Assembly: GCA_913020445.1 (NCBI GenBank)
Contig: CAJWAR010000014.1
Coordinates: forward strand, 6,585-70,584
Direction of reading: 5' to 3'
Length of the DNA: 64,000 bases
Source: an uncultured Rhodospirillaceae bacterium
GTDB lineage: Bacteria; Pseudomonadota; Alphaproteobacteria; Rhodospirillales; UBA2165
The notes under the pieces are model-generated. The model ran no database searches. It was not told the origin of the DNA and saw only the letters and a program-made list of their open reading frames with translations. The translations under genes and the position numbers were made by a program. Shown here in pieces: positions 9,210-20,303 of the stretch. Numbering within the stretch: position 1 is the stretch's first letter; the number at the start of each line of letters is the position of its first letter.

Positions 9210-11015
9210 ATGGAACAAAAAAACCTGTTTCTCGCCATCGCGCTGTCGGCCCTCATTATGGTCGGCTTTCAGTGGTGGAGCGCGAGCCAGCAGCCTCCCG
9301 AAGAGACGCTAACCGCCGAACAGCAAAAAGCTGCCCAAACCAAGCCCGGCACCCCATCGACGCCGAGCATGCCGGCAACATCTCCGGCGACCCCTGGTTC
9401 TGCACCCGCCGCGCCCGGTATGGCCGTTCCGGTACCGGGTGGTGTCGATAGCGCTGCTGCCCAGGCTGAGGCCGTTAAAAAAGCCCTCGCCGCCTCGCCT
9501 CGTTTGAAAATTGCCTCACCCCGCGTCCGCGGGTCGATCTCATTGGTCGGTGCGCGGTTTGATGATCTTATCCTGAACGACTACAACGAAACCATCGAAG
9601 AGGGCAGCAAAAATATATCTTTGCTGTTACCGTTCGGTAGCGCTAACCCGTATTACGCCGATTTCGGCTGGGTTTCGGCCGATACCAAAACCCCCGATGC
9701 GGCAACCGTCTGGACCGCCAACAATCCGACACTGGCACCCAAATCGCCGGTATCGCTGAGCTGGCAAAATGCCGATGGGGTAAAATTTATCCAAGATATT
9801 TCACTTGATGACAATTATATGTTCACGGTTAATCAGCGGGTCGAAAATAGGGGCAGTAAGCCGGTCACCGTTTTCCCCTTTGGCCGCATCTCGCGGACCG
9901 GCACGCCAGAAATTACCGATTTTTATATTCTTCATGAAGGCCTCTTGGGCGTCTTTGACGGTGTGCTGAAAGAAATTGATTATGATGAAATTCAGGAAAG
10001 CAAGCTGGTCCAAAATAAATCCAAAGGCGGCTGGATCGGCATCACCGACAAATACTGGCTGACGGCCTTAATCCCAGATCAAAAAACCGCAGCGGACAAT
10101 CGCTTCTCCGACCAGCTGCAAAAGAACCTCGACAATTACCAGGTTGATTTCAGAGGCGCTGCCCAGGCAATTGTACCGGGTGCGACCGGCGAAACCGGCA
10201 GCCGTTTTTTTGCCGGTGCCAAAGAAGCTCAGTTAATTATCGACTACCGGGATCAGCTCAACATTACCCGGTTTGATCTGGCCATTGACTGGGGCTGGTT
10301 CGAGTTCCTCACCAAACCGATATTTTTTGCCCTGGTTTATTTCACCGGCTTTCTCGGCAATATGGGGCTTTCGATCCTGCTGTTGACGGTTCTCATCAAG
10401 CTGGCGTTTTTCCCGCTCGCCAATAAATCCTACCGCGCCATGAGTAAAATGAAGCTGTTGCAGCCGGAAATGCTCAAACTGCGTGAGCGCTTTAAGGACG
10501 ATAAAGCACGGTTAAACCAAGAAATGATGGCGATGTACAAACGTGAAAAGGCCAACCCGGCTTCTGGTTGTTTGCCGATTTTGCCGCAGATTCCGGTGTT
10601 CTTTGCGCTCTATAAAGTGGTGTTTGTCACCATTGAAATGCGTCACGCGCCGTTCTTTGGCTGGATCAAAGATTTATCCGCCGCCGACCCGCTGACACCG
10701 TTTAATCTCTTTGGGTTGATCAACTGGTCACCGCCGGAAATTTTGGCGATTGGTGTCTGGCCGATCATCATGGGTGTGACGATGTTTATTCAACAAAAAC
10801 TGAACCCGCCGCCGCCCGACCCAATGCAGGCTAAAATATTCATGTTCCTGCCGATCATGTTCACCTTTATGCTGGCCCGCTTCCCGGCCGGTCTGGTGAT
10901 CTATTGGGCCTGGAACAATGCGCTTTCGGTGCTGCAGCAATATGTCATCATGCGCAAAGCTGGCGTGCAAATCGGTGGTGGTCCGGCTAAAAACCCGGCA
11001 AAGAAAACGAGCTAA
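9210..11015 (+). CDS. yidC: Membrane protein insertase YidC
   Basis: 601 aa. N-terminal TM, large periplasmic domain, and a conserved C-terminal 5-TM core (ANPASGCLPILPQIPVFFALYKV). Confidence 0.95.
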   Translation: MEQKNLFLAIALSALIMVGFQWWSASQQPPEETLTAEQQKAAQTKPGTPSTPSMPATSPATPGSAPAAPGMAVPVPGGVDSAAAQAEAVKKALAASPRLKIASPRVRGSISLVGARFDDLILNDYNETIEEGSKNISLLLPFGSANPYYADFGWVSADTKTPDAATVWTANNPTLAPKSPVSLSWQNADGVKFIQDISLDDNYMFTVNQRVENRGSKPVTVFPFGRISRTGTPEITDFYILHEGLLGVFDGVLKEIDYDEIQESKLVQNKSKGGWIGITDKYWLTALIPDQKTAADNRFSDQLQKNLDNYQVDFRGAAQAIVPGATGETGSRFFAGAKEAQLIIDYRDQLNITRFDLAIDWGWFEFLTKPIFFALVYFTGFLGNMGLSILLLTVLIKLAFFPLANKSYRAMSKMKLLQPEMLKLRERFKDDKARLNQEMMAMYKREKANPASGCLPILPQIPVFFALYKVVFVTIEMRHAPFFGWIKDLSAADPLTPFNLFGLINWSPPEILAIGVWPIIMGVTMFIQQKLNPPPPDPMQAKIFMFLPIMFTFMLARFPAGLVIYWAWNNALSVLQQYVIMRKAGVQIGGGPAKNPAKKTS

Positions 11016-11058
11016 GAATAGCTAACCATTTGCCAGAAACGGCGTTAGGATATGCCCG

Positions 11059-11706
11059 ATGGAGACGGAGACGGAAGCAGCTGATCTTGAGGCTGGCCGG
11101 GTATTGTTTGCGCAAACCTGCGATTTCCTGATCAGTGCCGCGAGCTTTAACCAATTACCAGAAACCGAGCTGCCGGAGATCGCCTTTGCCGGCCGGTCCA
11201 ATGTCGGCAAATCAAGTCTGCTGAACGCCTTGACGGGCCGGAAAAACCTCGCCCGCACGTCCAACACGCCGGGGCGCACGCAACAGGTAAATTTTTTCGA
11301 TCTTGGTGGCCGGATGATGCTGACCGATCTGCCCGGCTATGGCTACGCCAGAGCCGCTAAATCGGTTGTCGATCAATGGACGCGATTAATCAAAAGCTAT
11401 CTCCGGGGCCGGGTCCAATTGCGCCGGGTGTGTTTGCTGATAGATTCCCGGCACGGCCTCAAAGACACCGACCGGGAGGCCATGGATTTGATGGATGAGG
11501 CGGCTGTCGCCTATCAGATCATCCTGACGAAATGCGACAAAATTAAAACTGCGGAGCTGGAAAAGTTGCTCGCTAAAACTCACAAAGAGATCGCCAAACA
11601 CGTTGCCGCACATCCGGAAATAATGGTCACCAGCGCATTTAAATCCAAGGGCATCGAAGAAATGCGCGCGGCTTTGGCAAGCCTGGCTGATAAACCGGCT
11701 GGCTAA
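11059..11706 (+). CDS. engB: Ribosome biogenesis GTP-binding protein YihA/EngB
   Basis: G1 GRSNVGKSSLLNAL, G3 DLPGYGYA, G4 TKCDK. Confidence 0.9.
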   Translation: METETEAADLEAGRVLFAQTCDFLISAASFNQLPETELPEIAFAGRSNVGKSSLLNALTGRKNLARTSNTPGRTQQVNFFDLGGRMMLTDLPGYGYARAAKSVVDQWTRLIKSYLRGRVQLRRVCLLIDSRHGLKDTDREAMDLMDEAAVAYQIILTKCDKIKTAELEKLLAKTHKEIAKHVAAHPEIMVTSAFKSKGIEEMRAALASLADKPAG

Positions 11707-11802
11707 CCTCATAAAATCATTGGAGATTTCCACTTTGTATTTCGGGCGAGTTAGGCTACAGTCGCGCGCCCAAATAGGATTTAGAGAATAAAGCTTAAGA
11801 TC

Positions 11803-12711
11803 ATGAGTAAAACAGAGGACAAACTAAAGGAAAAATCGCTTGCCCAGGCAGCCGTGTTGGGCGAGGCGTTGCCTTATATGCGGCGCCATGCGGGCGAAAC
11901 CTTCGTCATAAAATATGGCGGCCACGCAATGGGTGATAAGACGCTGGCAGGCCTATTCGCCAATGACATTGTTCTCTTGGAGCATGTTGGGATCAATCCC
12001 ATCGTGGTGCATGGCGGTGGTCCGCAAATCGCTGAAATGCTCGACCGGTTGAAAATTCAGTCCTCTTTTGTTGATGGCTTAAGGGTCACCGACGCCGCTA
12101 CGGTCGAAGTGGTGGAAATGGTTCTGGCCGGCACTATCAATAAACAGATTGCCGCGGCCATCAACGATGCCGGCGGCTTCGCTATCGGCCTATCAGGCAA
12201 AGACGGCAACTTGATCAAAGCCTCAAAAGTTCGTCGTACCCAACGCGATCCGGATTCCAATATTGAAAAAATTCTCGACCTCGGCTTTGTCGGCGAACCT
12301 AAAAGCATCACCACCCACGTATTGGAGGTCTTTAAAGAATCTGACATGATCCCGGTAATCGCACCCATCGGTGCCGGCGAAAAGGGCGAGACTTATAACA
12401 TTAATGCTGATACCGCCGCCGGCGCCATTGCCGCGGCGATGACGGCAAAACGGCTTTTGCTGCTCACCGATGTCGCCGGTGTCCTTGATGCAGATGGTAA
12501 GCTGATCTCAAAAATGGAGGCCAAACAGGCCCGCCAGATGATCAAAGATGGGACGATCCAAGGTGGCATGATTCCTAAAATTGAAACCTGTCTGAACGCA
12601 GTTGAAGATGGTGTCGATGCGGCCGTTATAATTGATGGCCGGGTGCCCCATGCCCTGTTACTGGAACTCTTTACCGAGCATGGCGCTGGCACGTTAATCG
12701 AAGCAAGTTAA
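11803..12711 (+). CDS. argB: Acetylglutamate kinase
   Basis: 302 aa. [30 protein letters not shown]. Confidence 0.95.
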   Translation: MSKTEDKLKEKSLAQAAVLGEALPYMRRHAGETFVIKYGGHAMGDKTLAGLFANDIVLLEHVGINPIVVHGGGPQIAEMLDRLKIQSSFVDGLRVTDAATVEVVEMVLAGTINKQIAAAINDAGGFAIGLSGKDGNLIKASKVRRTQRDPDSNIEKILDLGFVGEPKSITTHVLEVFKESDMIPVIAPIGAGEKGETYNINADTAAGAIAAAMTAKRLLLLTDVAGVLDADGKLISKMEAKQARQMIKDGTIQGGMIPKIETCLNAVEDGVDAAVIIDGRVPHALLLELFTEHGAGTLIEAS

Positions 12712-12733
12712 GCCGGCAAAGCTTGGCTGGATA

Positions 12734-14410
12734 TTAATCGGCAAAAGCAAATCCTCCCTTGCCTCGACGTTTAACTTCGTACATTGCGTCATCGGCGCGA
12801 TTGAGGAAATAATCGAGACTTTCCTCGCTGTCTGAATTATACATCGACACGCCAATCGATAACCCCAGCGGTTGTTTCTCATCGCCCGAGTATATTCTAA
12901 ATATTGCACTGTCTTCGATCATTGTGTGAGCGCGTTTTTCGGCGCTTTCCCGATCCATGCCATCCAGCCACATCGCAAATTCATCGCCGCCAAAGCGGGC
13001 AACAGCATCGCCGGGCCGGGAGTGTTTTTCCAAGAATCGGGCCAATGCGATGAGGGCTTCGTCACCGCGATGATGGCCGTGAACATCATTGACCAGTTTA
13101 AAATTATCCAAATCAACATACAGTAATGCCGCCGTCCCGCCAGAATGCTGTAATCGTTCCATCCGGCGAGGTAATTCTTCCTCCAAAAAGGCGCGGCGAT
13201 TGAGCAGCCCGGTTAGCTCGTCGGTGCGCGACAGACGTAAAATCCGTTCATGATGCATCACCCGCTCGATCGCGATGCCGAGCTGATCTGACACCGTATC
13301 GATCAGCGCCAATTCATCAGGCGACCAATCCGTCGCTGCATCACCGCGCCAGACACAGATCGCACCGTTGACATGCTGACGATATCCGGTGGTCGCCAGC
13401 AAGCCGCTCCAGCCTTCGCCGGCCACCGGCGTCGTGCCATCAATTTTTTCAATTTTGGGGAAAATCTCGGCATCCGGAGGCATTGCATTTTCGTCGCCAC
13501 ACTTAGCCGCCAAGACAAAATATTCGCCCCGCTTATCATATTCATCACGGGTATATATTTTACATCCTTCAAAACTGGAGGCATGCACAATATAATCGAT
13601 CGACCCGGTCAAAGTCTTCAGTGGCTCAACTTCATCACGGATAATACCAACGAGATGCCTTAACAGTTTTTCACGGATACGCGCTTCATCAAGCGCTACC
13701 TTACGCCGACTGTCCTCGGTAAAATCCCGGCATACTCCGCGGCTGCCCCGCCATTCACCGAACTCATCAAAAAGCGGTATCGCAGAGACCTTAAGCCGCG
13801 CCTGCTCACCGCTCGCAAGAAGCATTCTCACATCAATATCAGATGTCGTTTCAGTGGCAATAAACGGTGACGGATCTTTGGGATCGGCCGATTCCAAGCC
13901 AAACTTATCCGGACTTTGGCCGATAATATCATCCGGTGCATAATCTAGTGCGCCGCCGGGCGATATGAAAACAAATGTACCGTCGGGACCAAGTTCCCAG
14001 GCAAAGTCACTTGATACATCGACGAGATCCTTGTATCTGGCACGTGAATCTACCAATGCGGATAACATATTTCGCTCAAAGGTTTGATCATGGGTTAATA
14101 ATAAAATGGCATCACCATCCTGAACCGGCACCGCTGTTACATTGAGCTGAGTTTCGTCCTCGACGACGACACCACCCAAATTCGCCCCCTGCCCCCCGTG
14201 CGCCTGTCGAATGAGATCATGCAACTGATCCGGCTTCTGGTCGGCAATGAGCGCTGCCAACGGAGCACCTTTTTTATTTGTCTCCAGCACCACACCGTCT
14301 GGGTCGACCAATACGGCACCTTCCGGATAGGCCGCCAAAAAGCTCTTCGGAGAGCCGTTTAGCGCTTCCAAAACCTTGGCCGACATATTTTTGATGACTT
14401 GGCTAACCAC
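12734..14410 (-). CDS. Diguanylate cyclase with N-terminal PAS/GAF-like sensory regions
   Basis: 558 aa. The C-terminal GGDEF domain has LLYVDLDNFKLVND, an intact active site RFGGDEFAMW, and an RxxD I-site (RPGD) with five residues separating it from GGDEF. GAAGGAG SD upstream of GTG 14410. Confidence 0.9.
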   Translation of the reverse strand: MVSQVIKNMSAKVLEALNGSPKSFLAAYPEGAVLVDPDGVVLETNKKGAPLAALIADQKPDQLHDLIRQAHGGQGANLGGVVVEDETQLNVTAVPVQDGDAILLLTHDQTFERNMLSALVDSRARYKDLVDVSSDFAWELGPDGTFVFISPGGALDYAPDDIIGQSPDKFGLESADPKDPSPFIATETTSDIDVRMLLASGEQARLKVSAIPLFDEFGEWRGSRGVCRDFTEDSRRKVALDEARIREKLLRHLVGIIRDEVEPLKTLTGSIDYIVHASSFEGCKIYTRDEYDKRGEYFVLAAKCGDENAMPPDAEIFPKIEKIDGTTPVAGEGWSGLLATTGYRQHVNGAICVWRGDAATDWSPDELALIDTVSDQLGIAIERVMHHERILRLSRTDELTGLLNRRAFLEEELPRRMERLQHSGGTAALLYVDLDNFKLVNDVHGHHRGDEALIALARFLEKHSRPGDAVARFGGDEFAMWLDGMDRESAEKRAHTMIEDSAIFRIYSGDEKQPLGLSIGVSMYNSDSEESLDYFLNRADDAMYEVKRRGKGGFAFAD

Positions 14411-14483
14411 CGTTTATGTCACTCCTTCCAGTTACTTACATAGCAAGTCCAGAAGTCAAATTAAACGGTAATAAATTTTTATT

Positions 14484-16169
14484 TTAACCGGCTGAACGCA
14501 CAATACGCTCAGATTCTTCGAAAATTTCAATATCAGTAGACGGTTCGCCAAACAGAAATCCTTGAGCGTAGTTGACGCCACAGTCACTAACAAATTTTAG
14601 AGTATCGTCGTCGTCGATAAATTCAGCAATGGTTTCGACATCGATATCTTTACACAAGCGCGCAAGAGCCGACAGAAAAGCCTTTCCTTTGCGGGCTATT
14701 AAAGCGTTTTTGACGGCACTGCCATCAAGCTTCACAACATCGACCTCGAGACTGGCGAGATACTGAAAACTCGCTGCACCGGCACCAAAATCATCAAGGC
14801 AAACTTCATAGCCTTCGTCGCGCAGCGTCTGGAAAAAACGGTTAGCGGTTACCAGATCGGCGATGCGCGAGGATTCAGTTATTTCAAACAACAGCTTACC
14901 GCGCGCCCAGAAGTTCAATTTGAGGAGCTCTTGCAAGCCTTTCAAGTAATTCATATTGGTGATCGAGTTACCCGAAATGTTCACCGCAATCGAATAATCT
15001 TTGTCGCGATGTTCGAACAACCATTCGATCACCTTTTTCGCCATTGCCAGATCAAATTGCCAGATCATACCGACTTCTTCGGCAAAAGTGATGGTTTCGA
15101 ACGGGCTCTCTCCTTCCGGCATGTGGTCGAACCGGACCAGGGCCTCATAATGATGAATTTTGCTTGTGCCGATATGGATAATTGGATGAAAGGCGACTTT
15201 AAACTTACCGCCGGCGACGATGTCGCGAAACTGATGAACCGAATTCATCGCGTCGTCGACCATACCGGACAAATTGGTGGTAAAATCCACCATGTTAAAA
15301 TCACTGCCCTTATTGGTTTTGAATTTGTTGATGGCAAACATCAAACCGTTGGCCAGATCAGCATCATCAACATCATCATCACCGAGGGCGATAGAAGCTG
15401 CCTCAGCTTCGATACCTTTTCCGGTCGGATCAATCTCCTTGGTCGCCTGTGTCAACTGATCTTGGATATCCTGAACATCAACAGCAGAATCATGAACCAG
15501 GGCAAATTTACCTTCACCGACTTCGGCCGCGGCGTCGCCATTGATCGAATTTGCCCGCAAGGAGGCGCTTACCGTATCGACCAGCGATTGCTCCGCATCG
15601 TCATCAAGTTGATCTTTCAATGCTTCCATCGCCGGCATGGAAACCAAACTAACTTCGGCTTCGATACCGGATTCTTTGGCTTCTTTTATCTGCTGTCCGG
15701 CAAGTTCCGAGAAGGTTTCAGAGGTGTAGAGACCACTTTTGCCATCGCGTGAAAGATTCTTACCCGAGGGCGTCGTTGTGCTCGTGGCGCCCGCCCGCAA
15801 AGCGAGGAAAAAATGGTCGCCCAGGTCACCAAGCCGATAGCCGGCAAATGCCAAAGGCACCGAATCCCGGCCATTTGAGCTCAATTTAATAGTCGCGTTT
15901 TCGATGCGCCCGCGCTTCTTGGCGATATTGATCAGCTGTCCCGCCAGGGTGCGGTCCGCCGCACCAACCAAATCAAGAAAATTTTGCCCCATAAGTTCAG
16001 CCGGCGAGCAGCCGATAAGGGCTTCGGTCGCACCGGCGGCAAAGGTAACTTCTTGTTCTTCGTTCAATTCAAACAATACATCTGCCCAGCAAAAAGCAAA
16101 TGCAACGAAGCGGTCGCGCTCGGAGCGTGCCTCGCCAGATGCATTATTTGGTGTTGTATCAGGTGCCAT
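14484..16169 (-). CDS. c-di-GMP phosphodiesterase: PAS-like, degenerate GGDEF, and EAL domains
   Basis: 561 aa. EAL-domain motifs YEALVRF, EITES, DDFGAGAAS, KLDG, QGFLFGEP. The central domain has GEGKF in place of GGDEF. Confidence 0.9.
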   Translation of the reverse strand: MAPDTTPNNASGEARSERDRFVAFAFCWADVLFELNEEQEVTFAAGATEALIGCSPAELMGQNFLDLVGAADRTLAGQLINIAKKRGRIENATIKLSSNGRDSVPLAFAGYRLGDLGDHFFLALRAGATSTTTPSGKNLSRDGKSGLYTSETFSELAGQQIKEAKESGIEAEVSLVSMPAMEALKDQLDDDAEQSLVDTVSASLRANSINGDAAAEVGEGKFALVHDSAVDVQDIQDQLTQATKEIDPTGKGIEAEAASIALGDDDVDDADLANGLMFAINKFKTNKGSDFNMVDFTTNLSGMVDDAMNSVHQFRDIVAGGKFKVAFHPIIHIGTSKIHHYEALVRFDHMPEGESPFETITFAEEVGMIWQFDLAMAKKVIEWLFEHRDKDYSIAVNISGNSITNMNYLKGLQELLKLNFWARGKLLFEITESSRIADLVTANRFFQTLRDEGYEVCLDDFGAGAASFQYLASLEVDVVKLDGSAVKNALIARKGKAFLSALARLCKDIDVETIAEFIDDDDTLKFVSDCGVNYAQGFLFGEPSTDIEIFEESERIVRSAG

Positions 16170-16175
16170 TGTTTT

Positions 16176-16262
16176 AATTGGGGATATTATTTTAGAGAAT
16201 TCTCCAAAAACTTTCTATCCACACTCAGCCTCGTATATGCTTAAAATTGGGGGCATATTATT
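16176..16262. repeat. Direct repeat AATTGGGG(GC)ATATTATT x2 in the AT-rich divergent promoter region
   Basis: Copy 1 at 16176-16191 (aattggggatattatt). Copy 2 at 16245-16262 (aattgggggcatattatt). Both lie upstream of the EAL gene start (16169, minus). Confidence 0.5.
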
Positions 16263-16449
16263 ATACTTACTTTTACCTGTTTCGAAAATTGATATTTCCC
16301 CCTGTTAATTAAAGATCGGGAGAAATGAGAACTTTCTCACCTAAATTTTTTTGGTTATTTATCAATTATTTTCATATTTTTTTAAAATTATTCAAATTTT
16401 CCTCGGATTTTTCTGGGATTCTCTATAAAAATTCACGATATTCCTATAC

Positions 16450-17124
16450 ATGTCCGAACATCATTCAGAATTACGCAAAATCGAGACTTGGATTTTTGAT
16501 CTCGACAACACCCTCTACCACGTGTCGGCCAATTTGTTCGATCAGATTGACCGGCGCATGTGCGCTTACGTCGCCGATTATTTAAACATACCCGCCGCCG
16601 AAGCCTATAAGGTGCAGAAAAGTTTTTTCCGGGAACATGGCACAACTCTGCGCGGCATGATGAACTGCCATGATATGGACCCGGAACCTTATCTAGAGTA
16701 TGTCCACGAGATTGATTTTTCACCGATCCAGACCGACGAGAAGTTGGCCAATGCGCTGGCAGCATTGCCGGGCCGCAAATTCGTTTTTACCAATGCGGCA
16801 ACAAAATACGCCGGCCGCGTTCTCGAGCGTCTCGGTATTGCGCAGCATATCGAAGACGTTTTTGATATTGTTGACGCCGGCTATATTCCAAAACCCGACC
16901 CGGTGGTCTATGCGCAATTCGTTGATAAATACGACATTGATCCGGCGGGCGCGGTTATGGTCGAAGATATTGCGCGCAATCTAATGCCGGCCGCGGAGCT
17001 AGGTATGAAAACCGTTTGGGTGCAAACCGACCGGCCCTGGGCCCACAGTGATGCTGATTTGGCTGAGCCTGATTTCACCACTGATAATTTGTCGACGTGG
17101 TTATCCGGTGTTGCCGGACATTGA
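16450..17124 (+). CDS. HAD-superfamily hydrolase (pyrimidine 5'-nucleotidase-like)
   Basis: 224 aa. Motif I WIFDLDNTLY, later FTNA and VEDIARNL. Confidence 0.8.
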   Translation: MSEHHSELRKIETWIFDLDNTLYHVSANLFDQIDRRMCAYVADYLNIPAAEAYKVQKSFFREHGTTLRGMMNCHDMDPEPYLEYVHEIDFSPIQTDEKLANALAALPGRKFVFTNAATKYAGRVLERLGIAQHIEDVFDIVDAGYIPKPDPVVYAQFVDKYDIDPAGAVMVEDIARNLMPAAELGMKTVWVQTDRPWAHSDADLAEPDFTTDNLSTWLSGVAGH

Positions 17125-17209
17125 CAATACTTGACTTCCCCATTGACTTTCGCAGCCTTTGCCACCACATTCCGGACCTTCTTTAAGAATATTAAAAGGT
17201 ATATTTGAC

Positions 17210-18061
17210 GTGAGTGATCAGGATTTACAAAGCATCATCGATGCCGCGTGGGACGCGCGCGATGGTGTAAACACGGAGACAACCGGCGAAGTGCGGGACG
17301 CCGTTGAAGCGGCGCTTGATCTATTGGATTCAGGCCAGCAACGCGTGGCCGAACCGATCGAAGGCAGCAATTCAGGCTGGCAGGTTAACCAATGGCTCAA
17401 AAAAGCCGTGCTATTGTCCTTCAGTCTCAATGGCATGGAAACCATCAACAACAGCCCTGGCGACGGCAATTGGTGGGATAAAGTGCCGTCTAAATTCTCC
17501 GGCTGGACGGATGCGGAATTTTCCGCCGCCGGCTTTCGCGCCGTGCCCAATTGCGTCGTCCGCCGCTCTGCTTTTATTGCGCCGGGTGCGGTGCTGATGC
17601 CGTCTTTTGTGAACCTTGGCGCCTATGTCGATAAAGGCGCCATGATTGATACCTGGGCAACGGTTGGCTCCTGCGCTCAGATTGGTAAGAACTGTCATAT
17701 CTCAGGCGGTGCCGGGATTGGTGGCGTATTGGAACCTTTGCAAGCCGATCCCGTGATCATCGAAGACAATTGCTTTGTCGGTGCACGCTCGGAAGTTGCC
17801 GAAGGCGTCATTGTCGAAACCGGTGCAGTGCTTTCAATGGGCGTGTTTATCGGCGCCTCGACCAAAATCATCGACCGCGCAAGCGGCGAAATTCATCAAG
17901 GCCGCGTGCCGGCTTATTCGGTTGTCGTGCCGGGCTCTTTGCCGGGCAAAGATTTGCCAGACGGCTCACCGGGGCCAAGCCTCTATTGTGCGGTGATAGT
18001 TAAAACCGTCGACGAAGGTACGCGCGCCAAAACTTCCGTCAACGAGCTATTGAGAGATTAG
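17210..18061 (+). CDS. dapD: 2,3,4,5-tetrahydropyridine-2,6-dicarboxylate N-succinyltransferase
   Basis: Left-handed beta-helix hexapeptide repeats ([40 protein letters not shown]). GTG 17210 ([10 protein letters not shown]) preferred over the track start 17159. Confidence 0.93.
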   Translation: MSDQDLQSIIDAAWDARDGVNTETTGEVRDAVEAALDLLDSGQQRVAEPIEGSNSGWQVNQWLKKAVLLSFSLNGMETINNSPGDGNWWDKVPSKFSGWTDAEFSAAGFRAVPNCVVRRSAFIAPGAVLMPSFVNLGAYVDKGAMIDTWATVGSCAQIGKNCHISGGAGIGGVLEPLQADPVIIEDNCFVGARSEVAEGVIVETGAVLSMGVFIGASTKIIDRASGEIHQGRVPAYSVVVPGSLPGKDLPDGSPGPSLYCAVIVKTVDEGTRAKTSVNELLRD

Positions 18062-18067
18062 AAAACC

Positions 18068-19228
18068 GTGGCCCCACAGTTAAATGCTTTGGACTTATCC
18101 CGCGCCATGATTGCGTGCCCGAGCGTGACGCCTGAAGACGGTGGCGCGCAAAAAGTGCTGCAGGATGCCTTGGCAGGTCTCGGCTTTACCTGTCACAGCC
18201 AAACCTTCTCAGATGACAATACGCCGGATATAACCAATCTCTATGCACGGATTGGCTCGGCTTCACCCAATTTCTGCTTCGCCGGTCATACCGATGTTGT
18301 GCCGGTTGGCGATCCGGACAGTTGGCAGGATGATCCATTTAGCGCCGCAGTGAAAGACGGTGTGCTCTATGGCCGGGGTGCTGCCGATATGAAAACCGCC
18401 ATCGCGTGCTTTGCCGAAGCGGCGGCGCTGTTTCTCGAGAAACATGGCGCTGATTTCGGCGGCTCAATTTCGTTTTTGATCACCGGCGACGAAGAAGGCC
18501 CGGCCATCAATGGCACCCGTAAACTGCTTGAATGGACCAAAGAACAAGGTGAGGTTCTCGATGCCTGTCTGGTCGGCGAGCCAACCAATCCAACCAGCCT
18601 CGGCGAAATGATCAAAATCGGCCGCCGCGGCAGTCTCAATGGTACGCTTACAGTTCATGGTGTGCAGGGCCACACGGCCTATCCACATTTGGCGGACAAT
18701 CCAATTCATCGGCTGGTGAAAATGTTGGATGTTTTGTCCGCCGAGCCGATCGATGACGGCACCGATCATTTTCAAGCCTCGACTTTGCAGGTGTCGACTG
18801 TCGATGTCGGCAATCCAGCAACCAATGTGATCCCCGGCAAAGCAACGGCGGTTTTTAATGTCCGCTACAACGATCTCCATACCTCAGCGACGATTGATAG
18901 CTGGCTGAGGGAAAAACTCGATGCCGTTGGCGGTGAGTATGAATTGGATATCTATGTGTCCGGTGAGAGCTTCTTGACACCGCCGGGACCGTTTAGTGAA
19001 ATTATTGCTGACGCCGTTCGGTCAGTTACCGGCAACGAACCTGAGCTTAGCACCACGGGCGGCACGTCTGATGCGCGCTTTATCAAGGATTACTGTCCGG
19101 TGGCCGAGTTTGGCCTGATCGGTCAGACCATGCACAAATCAAACGAATGTGTCGCGGTAAAAGATATGGCGGCGCTGACAGAAATCTACGCCGCCGTGCT
19201 GGGACGCTTTTTCGAGAAAAGCAGCTAA
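18068..19228 (+). CDS. dapE: Succinyl-diaminopimelate desuccinylase
   Basis: 386 aa M20 peptidase. [23 protein letters not shown]. Adjacent to dapD. Confidence 0.95.
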   Translation: MAPQLNALDLSRAMIACPSVTPEDGGAQKVLQDALAGLGFTCHSQTFSDDNTPDITNLYARIGSASPNFCFAGHTDVVPVGDPDSWQDDPFSAAVKDGVLYGRGAADMKTAIACFAEAAALFLEKHGADFGGSISFLITGDEEGPAINGTRKLLEWTKEQGEVLDACLVGEPTNPTSLGEMIKIGRRGSLNGTLTVHGVQGHTAYPHLADNPIHRLVKMLDVLSAEPIDDGTDHFQASTLQVSTVDVGNPATNVIPGKATAVFNVRYNDLHTSATIDSWLREKLDAVGGEYELDIYVSGESFLTPPGPFSEIIADAVRSVTGNEPELSTTGGTSDARFIKDYCPVAEFGLIGQTMHKSNECVAVKDMAALTEIYAAVLGRFFEKSS

Positions 19229-19244
19229 ATCAAATGGCCCTCCA

Positions 19245-19820
19245 ATGGCACCTTTAAGTGAAGTAATCAGATCACTCTATGGCGCTTTGCGCCTCGCCCG
19301 CGGCGATACCGGCGGGATGGCTTTCTTTAATACCAGCCACGAAGGTTTCTGGCGCTCGTTTACCGCTGCCGTTCTAATTGCGCCGCTGTTCGCCATGCTT
19401 CTTATTGTGCGTTACTCAATCAACGAGCCGACAGTACCGCTATTTCGTTTTGCCGCCGTCGAGATAATTGCCTATGTCGTAAGCTGGGTTGCCTTTCCTT
19501 TGTTGCTGTTCTACATCACCGACATTCTCGGTAATGGCCATCGCTATATCCGCTATATCGTCGCCTACAATTGGGCGTCGGTACTGCAAAATTTGCTTTA
19601 TCTACCCTTTGCTTTGCTGGTCGAAGCCCACCTGCTGGAAGGTGCAGGTTCCACATTTTTCGGCATAACTTTGCTGGGGCTGGTTTTGCTTTATACCTGG
19701 TTTGTTACCCGCACCGCTCTTGATGTCGCCAATCTTTTAGCCGCCGGATTGGTGATGATTGATCTGGTGCTGAGTATATTTATCAATACCATCACCCAAG
19801 GGATGCTGCATGCTACATAG
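19245..19820 (+). CDS. Hypothetical integral membrane protein
   Basis: 191 aa with about 5 predicted hydrophobic helices. No family recognised. Tightly packed between dapE and the thioesterase gene. Confidence 0.5.
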   Translation: MAPLSEVIRSLYGALRLARGDTGGMAFFNTSHEGFWRSFTAAVLIAPLFAMLLIVRYSINEPTVPLFRFAAVEIIAYVVSWVAFPLLLFYITDILGNGHRYIRYIVAYNWASVLQNLLYLPFALLVEAHLLEGAGSTFFGITLLGLVLLYTWFVTRTALDVANLLAAGLVMIDLVLSIFINTITQGMLHAT

Positions 19821-19831
19821 AGGAACGTTAA

Positions 19832-20287
19832 ATGCCGGAATCGTCTGATTTACCCGATTGGCCAAATTCATTCGTAAACTACCGGGGCATTGTGCTGCCC
19901 AAACATTGCGATCATTTCGGCCATTTAAATGTGCGTTATTACGCCCATTTCTTCGACGATGGCGGCTTTCAAATGTGGCATCATGCCGGCATCAAGCAAA
20001 ACGACCTCGGCAAGGATGGTATGGGCGCCGTCGTCGCCAACATCTCGATCGATTTTATCCATGAAATTACCGCCGGTCAGCCACTGGTCATCAAAGGTGC
20101 TTGGATGAAAGTTGGCTCTAAAAGCGTCACCCATGAACAACGCATGTTTAATGCGGATACCGGCGTCCATTGTGCCAGCCAAACGGCCGTCGAGGTATTT
20201 TTCGATATGCAAAAGCGGCAGTCTGCGCCCATGCCCGAAGACATCAGAGCAAAAATTACGCCACTTGTAATCGACCCTGAAGATTAG
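19832..20287 (+). CDS. Acyl-CoA thioesterase, hotdog fold (4HBT/YbgC-like)
   Basis: 151 aa. LPKHCDHFGHLNVRYY matches the 4HBT N-terminal catalytic region. Confidence 0.7.
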   Translation: MPESSDLPDWPNSFVNYRGIVLPKHCDHFGHLNVRYYAHFFDDGGFQMWHHAGIKQNDLGKDGMGAVVANISIDFIHEITAGQPLVIKGAWMKVGSKSVTHEQRMFNADTGVHCASQTAVEVFFDMQKRQSAPMPEDIRAKITPLVIDPED

Positions 20288-20303
20288 TCAAAAAATCAAC
20301 TTA

